Source: Turneriella sp.
GTDB lineage: Bacteria; Spirochaetota; Leptospiria; Turneriellales; Turneriellaceae
Assembly (NCBI GenBank): GCA_965279515.1
Contig: CBDIID010000003.1
Span: 3,136,001-3,200,000 of the forward strand
Direction of reading: 5' to 3'
Length of the DNA: 64,000 nt
Part shown: positions 57,152 through 64,000 of the stretch, one piece after another
Numbering within the stretch: the stretch's first letter is position 1
How the letters are laid out: every line of letters starts with the position of its first letter
Position numbers and translations under genes: made by a program
Notes under the pieces: model-generated
The model's input: only the letters and a program-made list of their open reading frames with translations
Database searches by the model: none
What the model was told of the DNA's origin: nothing

Positions 57152-58050
57152 TGGCCGCCGCGCCCCAGCCTTCTTACCGCGGTAAAGTCCGCGACGTCTA
57201 CGACCTGGGCAACCGGCTGCTGTTGGTCTCCTCTGACCGGCTTTCGGCCTTCGACGTTGTCTTTGGCGATTCGATACCGAACAAGGGCAAGATTCTGAAC
57301 TCCATATCGGCGCACTGGTTTTCGCTGCTGAGAAATATTCCGAACCATTTTATTTCCGCTGAGTCGGATGCCTTTCCGCCGGAGTTTAAGGGCGCCCAGT
57401 TTGCGGGTCGCTCCGTGCTTGCGCGCAAAACACAGCGCATTGATTTTGAATGCGTCGTGCGCGCCTTTCTGATGGGTTCGGGGCATAAAGAATACATGGC
57501 TTCCCAGACCCTCGCGGGAGAAAAATTACCCGCGGGGCTCGCCAAAGGCGCGATGCTGCCACAGCCGGTTTTTACGCCGGCGGTGAAGAACGATACCGGG
57601 CATGACGAGAACATCTCTTTCGCCGAAATGAAAACCCGGTTACCGGATTATGCCGATGCGCTGCGCGAGAAAAGCCTCTCGCTTTTCCAGTTCGCCTTTG
57701 AACGTTTGCTCGAGCGGGGAATCTATCTGCTCGATACGAAATTCGAATTTGGTATCCTGAACGGTGGGCTGATGCTCATTGATGAGATCTTTACCCCTGA
57801 TTCGTCGCGTTTCGTCGAAATCGCCGAATATGAAAAAGCGATGGCGGAAGGCAAAGAAATCCCGACGATGGATAAACAGATTGTCCGCGATTTTGTCGAA
57901 AGTATCGGCTGGAATAAGACGCCACCGGCGCCCCGATTGCCGGCCGAGGTAATTCAGAAAACCGTACAGCAATACCGCAAGATGGAAGAAATTATCCTGA
58001 GCATACCCCCTTCCGCTGCTTGGGTGGGGTTTGGAGAGAAAAAAAGATGA
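57151..58050 (+). CDS. purC: SAICAR synthetase
   Basis: YRGKVRDVY, SDRLSAFD, DTKFEFG, TPDSSRF, DKQ..RD. Confidence 0.97.
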   Translation: MAAAPQPSYRGKVRDVYDLGNRLLLVSSDRLSAFDVVFGDSIPNKGKILNSISAHWFSLLRNIPNHFISAESDAFPPEFKGAQFAGRSVLARKTQRIDFECVVRAFLMGSGHKEYMASQTLAGEKLPAGLAKGAMLPQPVFTPAVKNDTGHDENISFAEMKTRLPDYADALREKSLSLFQFAFERLLERGIYLLDTKFEFGILNGGLMLIDEIFTPDSSRFVEIAEYEKAMAEGKEIPTMDKQIVRDFVESIGWNKTPPAPRLPAEVIQKTVQQYRKMEEIILSIPPSAAWVGFGEKKR

Positions 58051-58313
58051 AAAAGTTTTCGGCAACCGCGACGGTGCGCTTTAAAAAATCGGTACTCGAG
58101 CCACAGGGCAAGGCGATTCAGCTCTCGCTGGCAGAAAAGGGCTCGCATGAGTTCACATTGGTGCGCGTTGGTAAATACATCGAGGTTGAGCTCGAAGCCG
58201 ACTCAAAGGAAGCTGCCGAACAAAAAATGAAAAAAATTGCCGCAGATATGCTGTTTAACGACGTCATGGAGACCTGCGAAGTGCATGTCTCGGAAAAAGG
58301 TGCCGAGGGGTGA
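58047..58313 (+). CDS. purS: FGAM synthase subunit PurS
   Basis: KKSVLEPQGKAI, VRVGKYIE, LFNDVME. Confidence 0.92.
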   Translation: MKKFSATATVRFKKSVLEPQGKAIQLSLAEKGSHEFTLVRVGKYIEVELEADSKEAAEQKMKKIAADMLFNDVMETCEVHVSEKGAEG

Positions 58314-58972
58314 AAACGGCCGTTCTGACATTCCCCGGCAGTAACTGCGACCAGGACCTGGTCGAGGCGCTGAAGAACGATTTTAACTGCAGCGTCGACC
58401 TGCTCTGGCATACGGAGTCATTCACGCCCTCGCATGATTTTTATTTTGTTCCGGGCGGCTTCTCCTACGGTGACTATCTGCGCACCGGCGCGCTTGCCGC
58501 GCAGTCAAAGTCCGTCGAGTCATTGCGCGCCGCGGCGGCGCAGGGGCGACCCATCGTCGGTATCTGCAATGGTTTCCAGATTCTATGCGAGACAAAGCTG
58601 TTGCCCGGCGCGCTGATACGCAACACTAACCTGCAGCACATCTGCGAATGGACACCGCTTACGGGCGACGGCGACTGGAAGGGAATTTATCCGCCAGGCT
58701 ATGCCTTGCCGATTTCGCATGGCGAGGGCAATTTTATCTGCTCTGCAGAAGATCTCGCTGAGATCAAACAAAACGGCCAGGCATTGCTGCGCTATACTAC
58801 TAACCCCAACGGTGCTACGTATGACATCGCCGGTCTTGCTTCAAAGAACAAGCGCGTCATCGGTCTCATGCCCCATCCCGAGCGCGCACTCAAAACGCAA
58901 AAAGATGCCGCAGTCTCGCAGCACCGTTACGGCAAAATCTTTTTCGAAAATATTTTTCGTCTCGCGGCCTGA
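58310..58972 (+). CDS. purQ: FGAM synthase glutaminase subunit PurQ
   Basis: FPGSNCD, PGGFSYGDYLR, GICNGFQ, MPHPER. Confidence 0.97.
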   Translation: MKTAVLTFPGSNCDQDLVEALKNDFNCSVDLLWHTESFTPSHDFYFVPGGFSYGDYLRTGALAAQSKSVESLRAAAAQGRPIVGICNGFQILCETKLLPGALIRNTNLQHICEWTPLTGDGDWKGIYPPGYALPISHGEGNFICSAEDLAEIKQNGQALLRYTTNPNGATYDIAGLASKNKRVIGLMPHPERALKTQKDAAVSQHRYGKIFFENIFRLAA

Positions 58973-58974
58973 AT

Positions 58975-59970
58975 ATGAAGAGTGAAGGCGCAAGCTCACG
59001 CGCGTTAGTAGCGGGAGTTTTTGGCGCCTACTACCATGTTTTACCTTTTCCGCTGGGCGGTGAGCGTTTCAAAGCCAAACCGCGCGGCAAGCTGCGTATC
59101 GATTATAACGAAAAGAACGTCGGCTACAACAAGCTCCGGGAAACCCTGCTCGCGATCGGCGATACGGTCGATATCGAAACGGACCCGAATAACCCCGACA
59201 CGTACATCATTACCGCTGTCGATAAGCGCCACAATTCGATACACCGCGCCTCGTTCGGCCGCCAGCAATGCCTTGCCGCGAATGTCGACGGCGTGGTGGT
59301 GATGGCGAGTATTCGTTCGCCCGATTTTAATCTCGGTTTTGTTGAGCGCTGTATGGCAGAGATACAGATTTCCGGCGCGGATGTTATTCTTATCGTGAAC
59401 AAGTTTGACCTGATTACGGAGCCCGATGTTGAAAACGAGAAGATCTTTGCGTATTATAAGAAAATAGGTCTGCCCGTCTTTTGCGAAAGTATTCAGGCGG
59501 GATTATCCCCCGAGCTCAAGGCGCGGCTCAGCGAAGGCACATGGCTCCTTTTGGGGCAGTCAGGCACTGGTAAGAGCACACTGCTCAACAAACTTCTGGG
59601 CGAAGATTTGCAGGTCGTCGGCGAGGTGAGCCTCATCGACAAGGGCCGCCACACGACGACGAACCCCGCACTGTATTTCAGCCCGAGCCATAAGAACCTG
59701 ATTCTCATCGATGTGCCGGGGCTGCGCGAGTTTGGCATGCATCACCGCGAGCCGCTTGAGATTCGTCATGGGTTTCCGGATTTTGCGGAAATTCAGTGCA
59801 GGTTCGAAAACTGCCTTCATCTCAATGAGCCGGGCTGCGGTGTAAAAGCCGCCTTAGAAGCGGGGGATATCCCCGAGTTTCGCTACCGCTGCTACGTGTC
59901 GATGCTCGATACCGTGGGCGAGAATTTTAAGCCGCGCAAAGGCGACTACTGGCGCGGCATTCGTAAATAG
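58975..59970 (+). CDS. rsgA: Ribosome small subunit-dependent GTPase A
   Basis: NKFD, GQSGTGKST, GRHTTT, DVPG, CRFENCLHLNEPGC. Confidence 0.95.
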   Translation: MKSEGASSRALVAGVFGAYYHVLPFPLGGERFKAKPRGKLRIDYNEKNVGYNKLRETLLAIGDTVDIETDPNNPDTYIITAVDKRHNSIHRASFGRQQCLAANVDGVVVMASIRSPDFNLGFVERCMAEIQISGADVILIVNKFDLITEPDVENEKIFAYYKKIGLPVFCESIQAGLSPELKARLSEGTWLLLGQSGTGKSTLLNKLLGEDLQVVGEVSLIDKGRHTTTNPALYFSPSHKNLILIDVPGLREFGMHHREPLEIRHGFPDFAEIQCRFENCLHLNEPGCGVKAALEAGDIPEFRYRCYVSMLDTVGENFKPRKGDYWRGIRK

Positions 59971-59971
59971 C

Positions 59972-60643
59972 TCAGGCCATTGGCGCAAAGACGCGCGGGC
60001 GGTGCATCAATGCCCAGAGCGTGATCTGGCCGGGGCGGATGCCGGCATGTTTTTGAAGCAGGTAAGCAGCATGATTGAGGGTTGCACCTGTAGTTGAGAC
60101 ATCGTCAGCGATCACGTAGCGTTCTGCGGCTGGCAGATTTTTTCCACTCCAGATAAGGCTTTCGTGGATACGCTTATAACGTTCGGCTTCGCCGAGCAGT
60201 TTGTTCGCGTCATTTTGCAAGAGCTTTCGTTTCACCAGAAATGCATCCAGGATTAGCTTTTGCCTGGGAACAAGTGCTTTAAGCAATCGTCGCAAAAAAT
60301 TCCGCCGTGACGGCAAGGCCAGAACGATTGTCGATCCGCCGGAAATTCCGGTCAAATCGCCTCGCGATTCGCGGATGAAAAAATTCACAGCGCGGCGGCG
60401 GTCAGAAAATTTGGCTGCACTGAAGAGTGTTTTGCCGGGGCCCTCATAGAGAAAGGCGTATTGGCGTTGGATTTCGTCTTCTGAAGGGAGAAATCCCACT
60501 CGCTTTAGGATGCCGTCCTGGGAGCAGGTTTTGCAGAACAGATCGTGGTGTGCGATCTTTGTGCCGCACTCGAGGCAGAGTTCGGGGAAAAGGGCGCTGA
60601 GTGCGTCGCCGATCAGAGATTTCTGAGGTAGAGCCGAATCCAT
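59972..60643 (-). CDS. ComF family protein (zinc ribbon plus PRTase)
   Basis: FPELCLEC..CKTC, DDVSTTGATL. Confidence 0.85.
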   Translation of the reverse strand: MDSALPQKSLIGDALSALFPELCLECGTKIAHHDLFCKTCSQDGILKRVGFLPSEDEIQRQYAFLYEGPGKTLFSAAKFSDRRRAVNFFIRESRGDLTGISGGSTIVLALPSRRNFLRRLLKALVPRQKLILDAFLVKRKLLQNDANKLLGEAERYKRIHESLIWSGKNLPAAERYVIADDVSTTGATLNHAAYLLQKHAGIRPGQITLWALMHRPRVFAPMA

Positions 60644-61242
60644 TCCTGCAGGTTTTCCCGCGTGACTGCTGCTGGCTTGTCAGTCGATTTTTTAAGTTTT
60701 TCCGAAGCACCTTGGATTTCTTTGACAGAATAGCCCAGCGAAACCAAGGCCTGAACGACCAGATCATCGGCCGTTGCCTTCTCGGTGATTTTTCCCGACT
60801 TTTTGCCCTCCGCCAGTTTTTCGAGGCGTGTTTTTTTCGCGTTGGCCTCAAAGCAGAGCTTTTCGGCCTTGGTCTTGCCGACACCCGGTACCTTGACGAG
60901 AGCCGCGACGTCGGCGGCGAGAAGCGCGGTCAGCAAGGCATCTGCGCCGATCGTGGAAATAATACCCATCGCCGCCTGTGGCCCAAAACCGTTGAGTGAG
61001 CGGATGAAATCAAAGAGCGTGGCTTCGTCTTCGCTGAGAAAGCCAAAGAGCTGCGCGTTATCTTCGGAATAGACGCTGCGCGTGACGAGAGCAAATTCCT
61101 TACCCGCAGTATCGTACCCCCCCGCCACGATCGCCTCATAGACGCTGCCGGGAATGCGCGCGCCATAACCGACACCGCCGGCTTCGAGCACGACGAAAAA
61201 CGGGTCGACGCGGGTAGGGATACCCCGCAGCGAATAGATCAT
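60613..61242 (-). CDS. ruvA: Holliday junction branch migration protein RuvA
   Basis: MIYSLRG, GGVGY, LFGF, GFGP, VPGVGKTKA, ALVSLGY. Confidence 0.95.
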   Translation of the reverse strand: MIYSLRGIPTRVDPFFVVLEAGGVGYGARIPGSVYEAIVAGGYDTAGKEFALVTRSVYSEDNAQLFGFLSEDEATLFDFIRSLNGFGPQAAMGIISTIGADALLTALLAADVAALVKVPGVGKTKAEKLCFEANAKKTRLEKLAEGKKSGKITEKATADDLVVQALVSLGYSVKEIQGASEKLKKSTDKPAAVTRENLQEWIRLYLRNL

Positions 61243-61997
61243 GCGGGCCCCTGTTTCAGGCGTAAGCCGTCGTAATAGGTTTTGATTTTTGTCAGTAGCA
61301 TTGTGGTATCCATCTCTTGGGCGAAAGCTTCAAATTCTTTTTGCAGGTTCTCGCGGACGTCTCCAGTGTAGAGTGCGTTGGCAAAACGTTTTGTGAGCCG
61401 TAAACTGAAGGCATCCTGCGCGCCCATGCGCTGGGCCATTTTTACCGCTCGCTCTAGAAGCTCGCTTTCTGGCCTGATCTCATTCACAAAGCCTGCAGCG
61501 AGCGCGCGCTTCGCTGGTAAATTGTCGGCTTTCCAGATGAGTTCCAGCGCGCGCATGGGGCCAATCTTGCGCGCGAGTGTCGTGACCAGCGGCGGGGCTC
61601 CAAATTTAATTTCAGGATGGCCAAAGACGGCGCGTTCTCCGGCGATGATGTAGTCAGCGCCGAGTGCCAGATCAAAACCACCGGCCAAAACAAAACCGGA
61701 GTAGGCGCCGATCAGGGGTTTGGGAAAACAATACACCGCTGCATGGTACTCGACGGGCCGGTGGTTGAATGAAGCGAGCTTTGAGGCGATCACTTCTTCG
61801 AGGTCATAGCCGACGCTGAAATGTGGTCCGTTGTGCGTCAGCACAGCGGCAGTTACGGAAGTATCCGCAGCCAGCGTATTCAAGGCGGCTTCGATTTCAT
61901 CGCGGAAGGCATTGGAGAGTGCGTTAAATTTCTCCGGGCGGTTGAGGCGTACGACCGCAACAGAGCCGGCCTTTTCAATGAGCAGATTTTTTGCCAT
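61239..61997 (-). CDS. Enoyl-CoA hydratase/isomerase family protein
   Basis: LNRPEKFNAL, FSVGYDL, AGGFDLAL, PEIKFG. Confidence 0.92.
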   Translation of the reverse strand: MAKNLLIEKAGSVAVVRLNRPEKFNALSNAFRDEIEAALNTLAADTSVTAAVLTHNGPHFSVGYDLEEVIASKLASFNHRPVEYHAAVYCFPKPLIGAYSGFVLAGGFDLALGADYIIAGERAVFGHPEIKFGAPPLVTTLARKIGPMRALELIWKADNLPAKRALAAGFVNEIRPESELLERAVKMAQRMGAQDAFSLRLTKRFANALYTGDVRENLQKEFEAFAQEMDTTMLLTKIKTYYDGLRLKQGPA

Positions 61998-62053
61998 CGC
62001 GGGTTCCTTTGGCCCAAGACGCGTCTGGCCGGGCAACCACAAAGCGGATGGAA

Positions 62054-62278
62054 CTATTTCTTTTTGATGAACTGGTCGAGGTCAGGCGGCAGATGCGATT
62101 CCGAAGCGGCGCGGTTCTCTTTCTGTATCTCAGCATGGATCTCGCCGCGGAAAACTTTGACTTCTTTGGGGGCCTTAACGCCCAGTTTCACCTGGTCGCC
62201 TTTGATTTCGACGACGATAATCTCGACGTTGTCGCCGATGACGATCGAATCGTTAACGCGCCGCGCGAGAACCAGCAT
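62054..62278 (-). CDS. csrA: Carbon storage regulator
   Basis: [26 protein letters not shown]. Confidence 0.97.
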   Translation of the reverse strand: MLVLARRVNDSIVIGDNVEIIVVEIKGDQVKLGVKAPKEVKVFRGEIHAEIQKENRAASESHLPPDLDQFIKKK

Positions 62279-62745
62279 CAGGCATGTCCTTTGGCGCGCG
62301 TGTCATCGGTATGATCGACGAGATCTAAGAGCGGCGTGCGAACCAGGTGGTTCGGATCGTCGGAAACAAACTGGCTGCCGAGCTTCTTGGGGCGGTTCAC
62401 CAGTATTGGCCCCTGCAGGTTGATCGTCATGCTTTCGGGTTTGCCGGCAGGCACGGTGATGATACCCCAGATCTCCACCTCAGCCGGCTGGGAGGCTTCG
62501 ATGATGGTCAGGTGTTGTGTATTGATGTTAGGGACATACTTGGTCGTGATCTCGGGAATCAGGGTGACAAGAAACGCCAGCCGTGCCTCTTCGAGGGATT
62601 GCAGCCAGTGGAAGGTACTGCCCGACTTGGTGGGCAAAAGCGCGAAGTGGCGGAAAGCCTCAAACGCGAAAAGACCTTCCGGGAAGAAGATCTGCTTTGC
62701 GGCTTCTATCTCAATTTTACCGAGTGCGCGTGTTTCAAATTGCAT
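62278..62745 (-). CDS. fliW: Flagellar assembly factor FliW
   Basis: [27 protein letters not shown]; adjacent to csrA. Confidence 0.93.
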   Translation of the reverse strand: MQFETRALGKIEIEAAKQIFFPEGLFAFEAFRHFALLPTKSGSTFHWLQSLEEARLAFLVTLIPEITTKYVPNINTQHLTIIEASQPAEVEIWGIITVPAGKPESMTINLQGPILVNRPKKLGSQFVSDDPNHLVRTPLLDLVDHTDDTRAKGHA

Positions 62746-62795
62746 TGTTTTTCCCTTTTTTAGGACTATACACTAAACTTGCGGTCTTCGGGGAA

Positions 62796-63234
62796 AAACG
62801 CAGAGTACGCTGAGTTACGCAAAGTTTCATAGTTGATGGGCAATCCGTTTCATGCCATTCTTCAGGCTTGTCACGTTAAAATTCAGGAGCAAACCAAGTT
62901 TCAGACCAGATAATTTAAGATATGTCAGCACCTGAGCTCCGTGTAATGGCAGCAATTTTTCAACTGCCTTGATTTCAAGTATCAGTGCATCTTCAATCAA
63001 TAAGTCGATCCGATAACCAGCGTCGATCTTAATTCCCTGATAACTCACTGGACATTCTACTTGCTTTTTAACTTTAATATCGTTCTTTGTAAGTTCATAA
63101 GCCAAGCATGCTTCATATGCGCTTTCGAGTAACCCCGGGCCTAGTGCTGTATGAACCTTCATAGCCGCACCGATTACCTTGCTGGAAAGGATGTTCAAGT
63201 CCACACTTTGCGTAACTCTGCGTCCTTTGCGTTT
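62796..63234. mobile_element. Candidate IR-bounded cassette carrying a GxxExxY gene
   Basis: 30-bp inverted repeats at 62796-62825 and 63205-63234 (27/30 match); AT-rich interior. Confidence 0.6.
62827..63204 (-). CDS. GxxExxY protein (PD-(D/E)XK nuclease-like)
   Basis: LGPGLLESAYE, YRIDLLIE..LEIKAV, QVLTYLK..GLLLNF. Confidence 0.95.
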   Translation of the reverse strand: MDLNILSSKVIGAAMKVHTALGPGLLESAYEACLAYELTKNDIKVKKQVECPVSYQGIKIDAGYRIDLLIEDALILEIKAVEKLLPLHGAQVLTYLKLSGLKLGLLLNFNVTSLKNGMKRIAHQL

Positions 63235-64000
63235 ATCTTAAAAAATCCATCAGGGTTTGTTTGATGATGCCAGCGCCGACGCGCAGGGCATACGAGTGCA
63301 CGGCCTCGAGCCACTTGAGGTCGACGATCGATTGCGTTACGTCGACGCTTTCATTCTTCGCGAGGAGTTCCTTCGTATATGTGGTGTCCCACGCGACGCG
63401 CTTCTCATGCTGTTCGAGGCGGTTCACCCGCGCGCCCACCTCGGCGCGGTAGCGCAGTACGTTTTCGAGGGCGCTGTCGAGCGCCTCGAGGTCACGGCCA
63501 CCAATGAGTTTGGTATCGCCCTTAATGAGATCGTCGCGCAGCATAATCACGACTTCGAAAATTGAAAGACCCGACACGGTTGCCGTCGTGGCAAAATTGT
63601 TCGGCGGCTCGGGGTTTGTGCCGTCGATGAGACCCAGGTCCTGCAGAACCGTGCCGCCTTCTAAATCTTCGAGCCAGATCTGATGTGGCGATTTGGATGT
63701 CAGAATGAGGTCATCCTGCGAGCCCTTGCTGGCGCGCACTTCAACCGGTGCCGTATTGATTTTGTCGATGACGTCGTTGATGGTGTCGCCGGCCGAAACC
63801 TGGATACGCACGCCGTTGATTGCGATCAGCTGATCACCCTGCGCGACAAAACCCGAGGAGTCTTTGTTCGAGGCGATCGAGGTGTTGGTGCCCCAGAATA
63901 CACGGTTGCCGGGCAGCGTGATATCCATCTGCTCGCGGCGTTCGATCTCTCGGTTCTGCACCTGGATGTCGCCCTGGTACTGCACGCCGGTCACGGCATT
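63233..64000 (-). CDS. flgL: Flagellar hook-associated protein 3, 3' part
   Basis: Flagellin-type C-terminus RAEVGARVNRLE...TLMDFLR; upstream of fliW-csrA. Confidence 0.9.
   Translation of the reverse strand, partial: NAVTGVQYQGDIQVQNREIERREQMDITLPGNRVFWGTNTSIASNKDSSGFVAQGDQLIAINGVRIQVSAGDTINDVIDKINTAPVEVRASKGSQDDLILTSKSPHQIWLEDLEGGTVLQDLGLIDGTNPEPPNNFATTATVSGLSIFEVVIMLRDDLIKGDTKLIGGRDLEALDSALENVLRYRAEVGARVNRLEQHEKRVAWDTTYTKELLAKNESVDVTQSIVDLKWLEAVHSYALRVGAGIIKQTLMDFLR

Overview
A 64-kb bacterial chromosome segment of moderately high GC. Gene content (FlaA-like sheath protein, flgL-fliW-csrA, LCP-rsfS, several STAS proteins, PAS hybrid kinases) suggests a Leptospiraceae spirochete, probably Turneriella-like; this is inference. 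Most of it is housekeeping, signalling and envelope genes: carB, cheA, queA, hslO, split mnmC/mnmD, speD, nuoC-purC-purS-purQ-rsgA, comF-ruvA, csrA-fliW-flgL. No rRNA, tRNA, CRISPR array or transposase was seen. Main signals: (1) an AT-rich GxxExxY (PD-(D/E)XK-type) gene between flgL and fliW, bracketed exactly by 30-bp internally repetitive inverted repeats, a candidate minimal mobile or intervening element; (2) palindromic REP-like repeats that supply the stop codons of convergent genes and also sit in-frame inside proteins (mnmD, queA, possibly purC); (3) a nested 25-aa histone-H1-like ORF with its own RBS in the rsfS tail; (4) a HipA-like kinase broken by an internal deletion and frameshift; (5) an orphan CheA with a C-terminal CheC-like domain.
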